From: Paraspadella gotoi
Lineage: Eukaryota > Animalia > Chaetognatha
Length of the DNA: 64,000 nt
NCBI GenBank assembly: GCA_051294375.1
Contig: CM119264.1
Coordinates: forward strand, 5,321,962-5,385,961
Direction: 5' to 3'
The position numbers and the translations under genes are program-made. Under the pieces are notes generated by a model, which was not told where the DNA came from, did no database searches, and worked only from the letters and a program-made list of their open reading frames with translations. Numbering within the stretch: the first letter of the stretch is position 1; each line of letters starts with the position of its first letter. Below are positions 1 through 12,766 of this stretch, piece by piece.

Positions 1-605
1 ATATATATATTTATCCAACACCCAACTTCTCATATAAAACTAAAAGAGTTGTTCAATGGTCAATTGACATCAGGTGAAACCTTTTCACGTTCTGTTATCT
101 GAACAGAATGTAGCAGTCACGGATTTCCTTTCTCCTCAGTCTCGACCGATTTGTCGATACTCAAGACTCGAATCCCCGTTAATCCGATGGAATTTCGACG
201 CAGCTGTTAATCTCAAGATTTGAGTCTCTTGCGTTTAAGCACAATGGGCAACTGGCGTAGCTTTCAGTGACTCACTGACTCAGTCATGGCATTGCTCTTT
301 TCTCTTTTCCTGGAACTTGCCCTTGTTGGGATGTTCCATGTTTAATTGCCGGGCAGACATTGCCGCTGTACTTGAATGTCATAAAATCTTTGACGCCGCT
401 CCCACGTCATACAGACTTTGGCGCTGCTCCCACGTCATTCAGTTCTTGGCGACGCTTCCACGTCATACTCTCGTTGGCGCAGCACTAAAGTCGTTGGCGC
501 GCGGTCAAAACCGAGGTCGCGACTTCAAATTGCTCTAAAGTTCTGCTCTCCATCGAAAGAAACAGAGCGAAGGGAAAACGGCAGAATCGGCAGGTTTTCT
601 CTCTC

Positions 606-651
<46 letters not shown>

Positions 652-1003
652 GAGAAATCGGTTCTACTGAAGGGCGAACTCAGTCGTTGAACTTCGTTCA
701 AGTTTTTCGTTTTCATTCAAAAACTAGAGGATTTTTCTGTCACGGATTCGACTCTTTTCCATAATTTTTACTCATTAAATTGGAACAACCTCTATAAAAA
801 TAATTCATTCATAGATAAAATAAGGTATCTTGCCCGTGACTTTGGACAGTGTTTAGCGTCTGGAGCAAGATACCTTAATTTATTTAATTTAATTTAATTT
901 AAATTCATTTAATTAAATTTAAATTCATTTTATTTACTTTAAATTAATTTAATTTAATTTAAATTCATTTAATTTAATATTTAATCTAATCCATGAATGG
1001 ACC

Positions 1004-1665
1004 TAAGGCGTAGTGAAAGTGTACATACGAAAAATTCTAAAAGTCAATTATAACAACATACTATCAGTTAACATTAATTTCTTAAAAAGAATTAATTTTT
1101 ATGTTTTTTTAATTTTTCCAGCAGTAGGACGTTATAGTTATATATAGTATTATATCCTTTATAAAATATCGAAAAAATTGTTCAAAAATAGGCTTTTTCC
1201 TCTAGTAATTTTCCGATTGCAGAATTTGAATTCCCATGCGTCAAAAGTTGAAAAAAGAAAATATAAGTCATATTTTTAAAAATTATTTTTAGTTAAGTGG
1301 GTTAAAAAGAATTAAGAAAAAACTATATTTAAATATATTAAAAAGTTAATTTTCAGGCTTAAAAATAAAGCTTTGTTTAATTTTTGACCCACTTAAAATG
1401 GAAGGAATTTTTTAAAAAAGAGTTATATTTCTTTTTTATACCAACTTTTTAATGACAAAATCAAAATGTGCAAAAAAATCTTAGAAAAAACTGTTTTATA
1501 AAAAATTTTAACATTTATTGGTTTAAGTACTAGTGATAAAATATGGCCTACTGCGTAAATTGTAAAATTTAATTAGAAATTTTTTATTACATAAATGTTC
1601 ATTAGTATAAATGTTGTTCGTTCCCTCACTTTTAAAGTTAAATTTAAAAATTTTACTACGCCTTA
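1004..1665. mobile_element. Foldback MITE (non-autonomous DNA transposon) with probable 8-bp TSD
   Basis: TIRs TAAGGCGTAGT...ACTACGCCTTA; internal inverted blocks (taagtgggttaaaaa/tttttgacccactta); flanks atggac(a)c/atggtcac; empty site ATGGACAC at 5611-5618. Confidence 0.8.
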
Positions 1666-2811
1666 ATGGTCACTGGACAACTGTGGACAATACCAAATGG
1701 AAACTGGATCCGTGGAAAAGACTAAACTAATTATGAAAAAAAAATAATAAAAGAAACAAAAAGAGTAAAATAAATGAAAAATATCATCGAGAAGAACAAA
1801 ACATAGTAACCGGATCAACGGTTAACTTCCGGCTCATTAGTCCCGTGACTCATAACTCTTCTGTTTCAAGGCTCAACGTTGTCCATATGATTAGTAACTG
1901 CGATGCCTTCTTTTTTGCAAAAAAAGCGCCATCTCGTCGGCAGTTTAATTCCGGGTCAATTCAACATTCGATGTTTTGTTTATAGGATTCGTTCTTTTCC
2001 GCTTTTTCTTCTCGCTCTCTTTTTAATACTTTCTCTTTTCACTGTCTAGTATCTGACTTCTCTATTTTCTCGCTTTCTCTCTTTCTTATCGTTTTTTTTC
2101 TTTGTTTTTCTTCTTTTCTTGTCTTTGTCTTTTTTTTTTCTTGTCTTTCTTTCTTTCTGCTTTTTGTCTTTCTTTACCATTTTTTTTCTCTTTTTCTTTT
2201 CTTTCTCTCTCTCTCTTTTTTTCTTTCTTTCCTATATTCTTTTCCTTTCTGTTTCTTTCTCATTCTTCTTATCCTATCTTTCTTTCCTTTCCTTCCTTTC
2301 TTTCTTTTTTTCTCCTTCTCTAAACTTTCTGCTTTTATTCCCTTTTTCCTCAGTTTCCCTCAGCTATTCGCCCCTCTCGCTCTTTCGACCACCTCCCCCC
2401 TTCTTTCGTCCCCTCTTGTTTTAATGTGTCTCAGCTGATGTTGCGATTCCTTTCTCTTATCTTTTTTTTTTTTCTCATTTTTATTGCTTCGCTTTTCTTT
2501 TTTTTTTTTTTTGCTCCCGTGGTTGCTTTCTGTTCCCGTACCCGGTTTCCCGCTAAAACTGCTTTCTTTTTCCTTTCTTCTTTCGCCGTTTTATGACCGA
2601 GGGGAAAAAGGCCCTTGGCCGCCCGCCCCGTTTAACGCCCCCCCACCCAAATTCCGTGTGCTCCTTTTAAAGCCTCAACGAGCCCTCCTCCCCCCAGCCC
2701 GCCGCCCGCCCTCCGCCCGCCCATGGCGACGCCAGCTGTTTTGCTGTTCGTCTTCGCGAGTAAAAAGAAATCCCCGCAAAGTGCCGCTAAGCGAGTTTCC
2801 GCCCGACGACG

Positions 2812-2870
2812 CGCCCGCAAAACGCCCCGCAAAAACGCCCCGCAAAACGCCCCGCAGAACGACCCCGCAG
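2812..2870 (+). repeat. 12-bp tandem repeat (CGCCCCGCAAAA)n; second copy at ~16700-16753
   Basis: Four to five units visible directly. Confidence 0.85.
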
Positions 2871-4159
2871 TGCGCCTGCTGAACGCCTGGCAACTTTAAA
2901 ACCTTGTTCCGTTTTTTTTGCGACGAGATAGAACCATCTCAACGTGTCTAATGCTCCGCTTTTTTGGCCTCGCAACATCAAACCACATTTTAGTTCGTCC
3001 TTTGTTACAGCAAATGCCAACCGCCGTCGTTTTCAATTCTTTTTGCATCCACACCTTCAAACCACACTCATAACCAACAGTGGGTCTTCTTTTTTCTCCG
3101 CCAAGAAAACCAACCGTTTTTCTGCCGTCGAACCAAAAATCCAAATCCTTTATTTCTGAATCCAACCGCTTTGACCTGCAAAAGGTTGCAGTCGCGAGGT
3201 TAGTTTGGAATCTCGTCGCCAACGGCGAAGGAACGGCGAAGGTTAAAAAACTGGCAGTTGCCAGGATTTTTTGGGTTTGTTCATATTTCGGCGGCCGGGG
3301 ATTTTTGTGCGCAGATCGTCAACGCGGCGGGCCGGCAGTTGTTTCATTGTTTTTTTTGGCAGTGGCAGATATAAAACGCGTCGCAGTTAATATAAAGTAT
3401 CGCAAGAACGCTAAAAAAAGACGATTGGAAATTAATAATAGAACGATTTTTGGACGATAAAACCGAAAGATGAATCCTTAGTATTTATAACAGGAAAACT
3501 AAGTCAAAGAATGATAAACGACATAGATGGCAATAGCAGAAGATAAAAGTGGCTGCCTGGTTAATTTAGAGCAAAGCATAACTACTGACGACGACGACCG
3601 ACGACTGAAACGACGCTACGACGAGACCGGGGACGACGACGACGAACGACGACGACGACGACGACGCCCTACAGTGCGCCGATGGGATCGACCTATTTTT
3701 TTTTTTGTCACTTATTCAATCATCTGCTCGCCTTTATGGCGGCCGGCTTTTTCCCCCAAGGGGGCGAGGCCACTTCCGGTGTTTTCAACCTGAGACTAAG
3801 CTTTCCGCACCCGACCCTTATCTCCTCTCTCGCTACCTGCTCTTCTCTGCCTTCTTGCTCAGGTCCTCTCTCTCATCGTTCCTTCTTCCCTCTGCTCTCT
3901 CCCGTCTCTGCTCGCTCATCTCTCTCTCTCATTTTCCGTCTTTCTGTCCTCTCGTCGTTCTCTTCTTCTCACTCTGCTTTAATGGATATTCATCTCCTTT
4001 ATTTTTGGCTCCCTTTTTTGAGCAGGTTGTAACGTGATAATAAATAAAAATCGCTGGTTTGGTATTAGTAACTGCAGCTCAGGAATGGGCGCAAAATTTT
4101 TGAGAGCGCGTCTATTCGCGGCCGAAAAGAAAGCGAACGAAGACAAGTAGAAAAAAGTG

Positions 4160-4293
4160 GAAAGAAGGATGAACAGAAGTGAAAGGTAAGATGAACATAA
4201 AGTGAAAAGAAGATGAACAGAAGTGAAAGAAGAAATGAACCGAAGTGAAAAGAAGATGAACAGAAGTGACAAGTAAGATGAACATAAAGTGAA
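4160..4293 (+). repeat. 20-bp minisatellite (AAGTGAAAGAAGATGAACAG)n; cleaner copy at 17808-17935
   Basis: About six tandem units visible directly. Confidence 0.9.
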
Positions 4294-5567
4294 CTGGCGA
4301 ATGAGAAATGAAGGCAATCAAAAAAAGAAATGAATGTCAAGACAAGATGTAAAGCTGTCGAAAGTCTAACGTCGTAAACGAAAAATCGCGCAAAAAAAAG
4401 ATAGTGGTACAAAAGGTAAACGAACCAATTAACGAGTTTAAAAGATAAAAAGTTGGAAATTATATTATAAAATGAACGTTTTTATGTATTTAAACTTTTT
4501 TTCCCTTCTTTCTATTGTACGCCAAACCGCGCCACTTTGTGCAAACCCCCTAAATCGCCCGCCCGCGCCTTTTTGCAACGGTCCCTTTCGTGCCACCACC
4601 GATATTCAGTTCATGTTATTTACGTCGAAATAGATTTGATTTTAAAGGCGGCTGAGGCCGGCTCGGACGGTTTGGGGTTGGCCAGCAGCTTGGTCGCAGG
4701 AAGATCTAGGGCCCAAAACAACAAGCTAGCCGACAGAAACTGGTCAACCGCTTAGCCGGGATTGCCGACAAACTCCGCGCGACAGAAAAAGCCAAAGGAA
4801 AAAAGCCGAGAACTGTCCTCAGACAGCCCGGCGATACTATCCGCGGTCAGGTTCGCCGATACTATATCCCCGACAGAGTCCTGAAATTCGTTAAAACAAT
4901 TCTTCACCATTTTCTGCGCGGACCAAAGGTTGAACAAATTCGCTGACAGGGAGATTAGATGCGATGCGAAATGCGCGCGAGTGAGAAGAGAAGAAGAAAA
5001 AAAAAAAGAAATCTAAACAAATTCTGCAGATAAAAAAACAGCAGGAAAGCGAATAGAGAAAAACGGGAAAAACAAGGGAGAATAAACGAAACAAATAAGA
5101 CCGAACAAATGAAAAAACAAAAGGGAAATCGGCGGAATCGAGGGGGCGTGGGGGGGAAAGCAATATTTTTGGGCGGTGGCGAGGAAATTTTTGGAAGAAA
5201 CTCAAGGACGACACGCAGGTCGACTGGGAGTGGTGTGGCTGGTGGCTTGGGTGCTTGTTTGAATGACGTTGATGAAGATTGGTTGATTGGGTGATGGGTT
5301 ATGATGATGAGGATAAAGATGACAATGCCCAAGATGATAATGGTTGGCGGCTGATGATAAATAATAATGATGATGAATATGATGAAGGCCATGGATGATG
5401 ATGACGAAATCATAATATGATGTTATGATGAGGAATGTTTTAATTAAAAGAACTTGTTGGTTACACAGATGAATTGATGCATGATGGTAATCATGGAATG
5501 ATGGAACTAGGATAATGATGAGTGTTTGATGCCCTACTCGANNNNNNNNNNNNNNNNNNNNNNNNNT

Positions 5568-6953
5568 TTAATTTAATTTAAATTCATTTAATTTAATATT
5601 TAATCCGTGAATGGACACTGGACACTGTGGACAATACCAAATGGAAACTGGATCGTGGAAAGACTAAACTTAAATTAAATTAAAACTAAAATTAAGAAAC
5701 AAAAAAGAGTAAAATTAAATGAAACATATCATTGAAGAACAAAACATAGTAACCAGATCAACGGTTAACTTCCGGCTCATTAGTCCCTAACCCAACTCTC
5801 TGTTCAAGGCTCAACGTTGTCCATATGTTAGANNNNNNNNNNNNNNNNNNNNNNNNNNNNNNNNNNNNNNNNNNNNNNNNNNNNNNNNNNNNNNNNNNNN
5901 NNNNNNNNNNNNNNNNNNNNNNNNNNNNNNNNNNNNNNNNNNNNNNNNNNNNNNNNNNNNNNNNNNNNNNNNNNNNNNNNNNNNNNNNNNNNNNNNNNNN
6001 NNNNNNNNNNNNNNNNNNNNNNNNNNNNNNNNNNNNNNNNNNNNNNNNNNNNNNNNNNNNNNNNNNNNNNNNNNNNNNNNNNNNNNNNNNNNNNNNNNNN
6101 NNNNNNNNNNNNNNNNNNNNNNNNNNNNNNNNNNNNNNNNNNNNNNNNNNNNNNNNNNNNNNNNNNNNNNNNNNNNNNNNNNNNNNNNNNNNNNNNNNNN
6201 NNNNNNNNNNNNNNNNNNNNNNNNNNNNNNNNNNNNNNNNNNNNNNNNNNNNNNNNNNNNNNNNNNNNNNNNNNNNNNNNNNNNNNNNNNNNNNNNNNNN
6301 NNNNNNNNNNNNNNNNNNNNNNNNNNNNNNNNNNNNNNNNNNNNNNNNNNNNNNNNNNNNNNNNNNNNNNNNNNNNNNNNNNNNNNNNNNNNNNNNNNNN
6401 NNNNNNNNNNNNNNNNNNNNNNNNNNNNNNNNNNNNNNNNNNNNNNNNNNNNNNNNNNNNNNNNNCCGTCGTTCAATCTTTTTGCTCCACCTTCAAACCA
6501 CACTCATACCACAGTGGGTACTTCTTTCTCCGCCAAGAAACCACCGTTGTTCTACGTCGACCCAAAATCCAAATCTTTATTTTCTGATCCAACCGACTTT
6601 GGACCTGCAAAGGTTCAGTCCGAGGTTAGTTGGAATCTCGTCGCCAACGCGAGGAACCGAAGGTAAAACTGCAGTTCCAGGATTTTTGTTTGTTCATATT
6701 TCGGCGCCGGGGATTTGTCGCAGATCCAACCGCGGGCCGGCAGTTGTTTCTTGTTTTTTTGCAGTGCCAGATATAAAACGCAGTTAATATAAGTATGTAG
6801 AACGCTAAAAGACGATTGAAATTAATAATAACGATTTTGACGATAAAAACGATGAATCCTTAGTATTTATAACAAACTAAGTCAAAGATGATAACGACAA
6901 TGGCAATAGCAGAAGGTAAAAGTGGCTCACTGGCTTAATTTAGAGCACATAAC

Positions 6954-6987
<34 letters not shown>
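5568..6987. repeat. Third, gapped copy of the 1-3660 segment, lacking the MITE
   Basis: Homologous to ~950-1890 and ~3020-3660 on either side of the 5833-6466 N-gap. Confidence 0.85.
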
Positions 6988-6991
<4 letters not shown>

Positions 6992-7061
6992 GGAGAGATG
7001 GCCAATGCGGCGTTGAGGCGGGAGGAGTAGTTGGTTGTCGTGTCGCTGATGGCGACAGCGT
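6940..7061 (-). CDS. Putative terminal exon encoding a hydrophobic, GPI-signal-like or membrane-tail C-terminus
   Basis: Acceptor ttgaccag, then open phase-1 frame (D)AVAISDTTTNYSSRLNAALAISPLVVVVVVVVVVVSYVL-TAA; family not recognised. Confidence 0.45.
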
Positions 7062-8520
7062 CTGGTCAATTCTTTATTTCTTTTTCCTCGCTTCCTTTCT
7101 TCTCTCTCTGTTGGGCCTCCTTTATTTCGCCAACGACTCTCAACACGATTTTTTTTTTTCACAGCACGGCCACCCAAAATTTTTAAGTCATTGTTCTTTT
7201 TCTTGTTTTTCTCTTCACTCTAGCTCGGGTTTTCTTTTCCTTTCGGCCCGAGCGGAATTTTTCATCTTAACTTTTTCTCATCGCAAGTTCGTTCAGCTTT
7301 TAATCATGCCCTCTTTACTTTCGCCAATTTTAAATACTTCCTTTTGCTTCTTTTTTTTTTGTTATCTGTTTTGTATGTTGTTTAGTTTCTCCCAGTTCTC
7401 GCCATGTTTGTTTTTCTTTTGAGTTTTCTTAAATTCGGGAGGTGTGATGGCATTTTTTCTCTCGATCGACCCGCGCTGCTGCCTTCTATTTGGTTCCAAA
7501 TTAGATTACCCTCCGCTCACTCTGTGCACGGCCTTTTAAATTCCACCACAGGGAAAAAAAGGTCTGTTTAAATTCTTTAGCGGCCCAGGCACGGGACTAG
7601 GCAAGGTGCGCCTCGTGAGGAAGTGAAATGCGTATTGGTATTCTTTCATATTTATGTCTGTTCTTAATCTATGAAACAAAGCAACAAAATAGTGATTACT
7701 AGTATATAATACTATTAATTTTAACTTTATAGCAATTATTAAACTACGTTTCATGTGCGTTGCGTTGTAGAATAAGTGAATAAAATGGAGTTGAACGAAA
7801 TATTTTCTGTGATAGAAATAGATGTAAGAGCTGACACAGAAAATTAATGGAGAGAAGAAATTTATTCAAAAAAGAAAAGGGGAAAGAAGGCTAGAAACGA
7901 TTGAGTGAATTTCAGGAGAAGAGTAAAATAAATAATCATCGTTTTATTATTTTTTGTATTTCCGAAACTTATCAGTAGATGAACTTGTTATAAACGAAAG
8001 GAAAAGACATTTAGCCTCATTAACAGATAATATCCATTGAGGCGAGACGAAACGATAAGTTGACATTAAATCAAAAAATAAAAATGATGATAAGAAAGAT
8101 GTCACGGTCGAGGTTTGCAATTCAGAAACTTTTGGAACTCAATTTGGAAAGAAAAGAGAAAAAGAAAAAATAGTCATAAAACCTGATGCCATAGAACGAA
8201 GATGGAATAAAGCAAAGAGGATAACCCAATCGGAAAAGGAGGAATGAGAAACAGCCGAATTGGTTGCCATATAGATTCGAAAAGGAGAGAGAGAGAGAGA
8301 GAGAGAGCAGAGAGAGAGAGAGAGAGACGAGAGAGAGAGAGAGAGGAAGAGAGGAAAGAGAAGACGAACCCGAGCGGGAATTTGAAATAATCCCTGTCGT
8401 CCTGAATAAGATTCAAAAATAGAAAAATGAGGAAATTTTCTTTTTTAACAAAGAAAAAAAATGGGATGATGGAGAGAAAAAAATGAAGAAGGGGAAACCT
8501 TTGAAACTGCGGATGAAGAG

Positions 8521-8572
<52 letters not shown>

Positions 8573-8948
8573 GCTTTTGGAGATAAAATATTTTGCTGGC
8601 TCCGTAGCTTTATTATTTCGTTCATGTCTTTTCTTTGCTGTCGCTGTCCTCTTTTACTCTCCTCTCTCTGCCTCTCTCTCTTCTCTCTCATCTCTCTCTC
8701 TCTCCTCTCTGCTCTCTCTCTCTCTCCTCTCTCTCTTTCTCTCCCTCCCTCTCTCTCTTCTCTCTTCCTCTCTCTTCTCTTGTTTCCTTTATTTCAGTAT
8801 TTGTTTTTTTCAATCCCGGTTATTAAATCACATGAATGTCTAGAACCTGAACTAAAAGATAACAAAGAATATACGGCGTCGAGCGCCACTACAATGGCGA
8901 CGGCAAACGAACAAGTGAACAACGGGCGTGGAGGGAGTCAGAGAGAGA

Positions 8949-8998
<50 letters not shown>

Positions 8999-9124
8999 AG
9001 CGAGAAGCTAATTCTCTCGCTTCTATCCTCATATTGAATCCATTTTATGGGGGCCACAACCTTTTGTTTGTACATTTTCGTAATTATCTGACTCTATTGT
9101 GTCTTGGCGGAAATAACGGGGGAA

Positions 9125-9167
<43 letters not shown>

Positions 9168-11032
9168 ATTCTCCTCGGAAATTGCGTTACAGAAAACGAG
9201 TGTCCTTTCTCGGGCGTCGAATATCCGTTGTTTTTGTTTGACTCCCAGACGAATGAACAACGCCTACGCGGAGATAGGAAGATTAAGGGGATGCATTGTG
9301 ATATATGTTACGATTAGGACAGCCACGACCGCACGCATGACGCACTGACAAAACGGGCCGCACCGCCACACACACCTGAGACGATGACACATGATACAAT
9401 GGTTCTTGACAGCTTGTATGAGAATGCGATATATACGTAGAGAGATAGGTCAACATTAGCGATAGGTAGTAGGCTGCGATTATGAGTAGATCAAGAGAGA
9501 TATGAGCCTCAGAGGTGATGAGAAGATCTCGGAGACGGAGAGCAAATTTTGAAACATAACTATACTATAGAGAATATTTTTATAAAAAAATGCGAAAGAA
9601 ATAATGAATTATTCTTAATTTGTTATATAGAAATAATTATGCTTGCGGACGATAACGACGACGAGCAGATTATGAGTGAACGAAGACGACCGCCGACAAC
9701 GAAGATCGACGACGACGACGCAAAGACAAGCGCAGGAAGAGATGATGAAATTGGATAACGGAGATAGAAAACGTTTACTGGTTGAGTTTCCCTTGCTTTG
9801 CGCGCATGTTTTACATCTGTAGAATTTTAAGATTCCCTGTCGCCGTCGTTTTTTTTCCGCCTTCTTCTCGTTTTTTTTCTTTTTCTTTCTTTCTTTTTTC
9901 TTTCTTTCTTCTTTCTTTCCTTTCTTTCTTTCTTTCTTTCTTTCTTCTTTATTCTTTCTTTCTTATCTTCTTAGATCTTTCTTCTCTTAGGTGGTGCGTG
10001 GGTGATTTATTTCTTTCCTTCTATTCTTCCTTTCTTCTATTTTGTTTGTGTTTCTTTTCTGGTGTATCTTTTGCTTTATGCTTGCTGTCGGTATTTATCT
10101 TTCTTTTTTTCCGTTTTTTCTTAGACTCTGTTCTATGTCTCTTTATTTTTCCTATTTTTATTTTTTTCCTTTCTTTCTTTTTCCTTATTTTTTTCTTTTT
10201 GTTCTTTCCATTTTTTTTTCTTTTCTTTCTTCTTATTTTTCTTTTCTCTTCTGTCCTTATTTCTTTCTTCACTGTGTTACGTTTCTTTTTTTTCTTTCTC
10301 TCTCTCTCGTCTGCCACTCTTCGTCCTTCGGTCTCCACGTTTTTTCCCGCCGCTAAACAGAGAGAGAAAAATTAGGAAAGCGCGATTAAAACAGGATGAG
10401 AAAAGAGAGAGAGAGAGAGAGAAGAGCAGAGAGCAGAGAGAGGAGAGAGAGAGAAGAAAGAGAGAGAGAGAAAGGAGAGAAGGAGAAAAAGCGAGTTGAA
10501 AAAATAATATCTCAGATCAAAATCTCTCTACGCAAAAGAAAATCATAAGGGGGAGATACAAAGCACGTGAAAGTTACAACGTGGCAGTGCACGTGAATGC
10601 GAGTGCGCGTGAAACGAGGACGGTGAAGGGCTCGCGCGGGTGAAAGTAAAGCACGACCCGGTATAGCGCGTTGAGATGTAAAAAAAAAGGGCAAAAGTCT
10701 TTGAAAGACGAGATTTACAAGTTTGACAGAAGGCGTTTAAATGATGAAGGCCGGAAGAAAAGAAAAGTACGAGAATGAAGGAATGATCAGAAAGAATGGA
10801 AAAGAACAGAAGAGGCACAACATAAGACAAAGCAAAGCAAAAGAAAAGAGAAAGAAAAGTCAACAAGAACAGAAACAGAAAGAAAAGAAAAGAAAAGAAA
10901 AGAAAAGATAACCGAAACCAGGCGTCAATCAATATAGCCGCCTTGAAAGCGTCGCGTCGCACACAGGGCACGACTTTGGAGTTCGCACGCTGCGCAAACA
11001 CGATTCCCTCCGCGAAGGCAAAAACAAGAGAC

Positions 11033-11614
11033 CTATACGGTCCGTCGGGTGGGTGAGCGCGTCAGGGTGGCTGGGTGCGTCTTGCGGCGCTACGCCGGGA
11101 CGTGCCGTCCGCGGTGGTCGGACCTGGCGTCGGGTATGGCGTCAGGGGGCAGCGTTGACCAGAGGTCGGTGTGGTCAAAGAGATTTCAGGAGGGCGTCGC
11201 GTTTACGTACACGCCCATTACTCATGGCGTCCAGAGCCTGGATTCATCTTTCAGCACAAATGCTATGTCGCCTGGCGTCGGTAAGCCTGAGGACGAGCCT
11301 GAAGTCTCGCGTTCGGCAAGCTGATGGCGTCCCGTCGGCCATCGGGGCTGGAGAGGCATTTAATCTCAATTATTTATGTTTATGGCTTTCTGGCGATCGA
11401 TTTGCCACGGAAATACTATGCTTTAAGCCGACTCGACCGACGACGACGACGCTACTGACACTCAACAATGTCCCGCTTTCTCCGCCTCCGCGACTCGTAA
11501 CCTCCACCACGTCCACACCTTACCGACCCTGACTTTTCCTACCCGCGCCACTCAGGAGAGACCCCATCGCCATCGTCATCTCACCAACGCGATTCGCCGA
11601 GAACCGCGTCTCCA
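11033..11614 (-). CDS. Two candidate internal exons (11614-11543 and 11347-11033) of an unidentified gene
   Basis: GC-rich islands with AG/GT boundaries; lengths 72 and 315 nt, both multiples of 3; first reads ETRFSANRVGEMTMAMGSLLSGA, second is broken by indels; no family recognised. Confidence 0.3.
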
Positions 11615-11888
11615 CTGCAAATAACGCGATAGAAATGGGGCAGAAGAATCTAAAGAGAGGAAGCGTGGGCGGAATCCGTGGGCGAACGCGTGGGGCGGAA
11701 TCGTGGGGATCTGTTGGTTAAAAAATAGCCGAGAGATGAGTATTGTCGCCTACTCTGGGCTTTTGTTGTGAAAAAAATACTAGAGCGGAGAGAAATGAGG
11801 ATAGTTCCATTAAAAGCTGGAGGGAAAATGTGGAGGCAGGTGTAGTACAGGGTGGCGGTGTATAAACAGGGGTGGCAGGACGTATTTA

Positions 11889-12172
11889 GTCGGGCATTGC
11901 ATGAAGTTCATTCCCGCCTATAAGCATGACCTTTCAGTCGTAACCCGGTGGCCATTGAATAAACCATCACTAGGTAGCCGGGTTCAATCCCCATCCGCTA
12001 ACCCAACTCCTGGCGGGAAGCTGATGACGGCCGGGTAAGCTCCGCCTTTGTGGGCGTGAAAACCCTCAATGCCTGGTTCCAAGCCCAGGAACCCGTTCTA
12101 TGGCTCTAGAGGGGTTAAAGAAAGTTAACGGATAGTATCTTCAGCCCCACCTTTAGCGCCCTATCCACATGT
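11889..12172 (+). mobile_element. Interspersed ~290-bp repeat with tRNA-like A/B boxes (SINE-like family 1)
   Basis: Diverged homologue of 35859-36153 in an unrelated context (cccgcctataagcatga...gttcaatccc...gcctggttccaa...ttagcgccct). Confidence 0.7.
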
Positions 12173-12696
12173 ATAACGAGGGTGCAGGTGTATAACAGCG
12201 TAGCAGGTGTGGCAGAGGCAGGAGTGAAAGGTTGAATCAATACGATTCGGGTTTAAAAATGGCTTCGAGATAACGCTCTTACTTAATTATAAACTTTAAA
12301 AATTAGACTTTGTTTATTTTAGTAAGGTTAGGTGAGACAAGTTGATGTAGGAAAAGGCAGATAGGTAAAAGGTAAAACGAAGACATTGAGTTTAGGCCTG
12401 AATTCTTTCACTTTTTTTTTTTTACGGCGATGAACATACGACACGCGACGACGACGTACAGCAAACGGTGGAAACGCGTCGTCCTAAAAGTCGCAAAATC
12501 CCCGCTGCGCTCTCAAAACGACGTTTTTCCGCTCGCCCCGACGGACTCGTGTGCAAGACGCAAAACGACGCCGGTCGCACGCAAATAACGCCGGTCTGCG
12601 TGCGAATTGCCAGGCCGACGCGTCGAAAAGGAAAGAAACCGGATCGGTTTAGATTCGAACGCTCATTTTCCTATAAGAGGCCGGCTCTCTGCTCTC

Positions 12697-12766
<70 letters not shown>

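Larger units (their letters stand above)
1..5541. repeat. ~5 kb segment, direct duplicate of ~13945-18975; a third partial copy lies at 5568-6987
   Basis: Colinear throughout (e.g. gacatcaggtgaaaccttttcacg, cgccccgcaaaa array, 20-bp minisatellite, GAT-rich tail); copies differ mainly by 1-nt indels. Confidence 0.9.

Noticed and set aside
2040-2520. Long Phe/Leu/Ser or Arg/Glu/Lys ORFs (also at 8413-9000, 9782-10375, 15931-16781, 26479-26866)
   Set aside because: Translations of TC/GA and TTTC/GAAA microsatellites, not coding
4160-4293. Regular repeat arrays as CRISPR
   Set aside because: Head-to-tail units with no unique spacers, no cas genes, eukaryotic context
5811-6787. 230- and 320-aa ORFs (also at 21970-22431)
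   Set aside because: They read through N-gaps
12020-12066. CTGATGA...GAAA as a hammerhead ribozyme
   Set aside because: No clean stems II/III, and the core is not conserved in the homologous copies at 35859 and 55608
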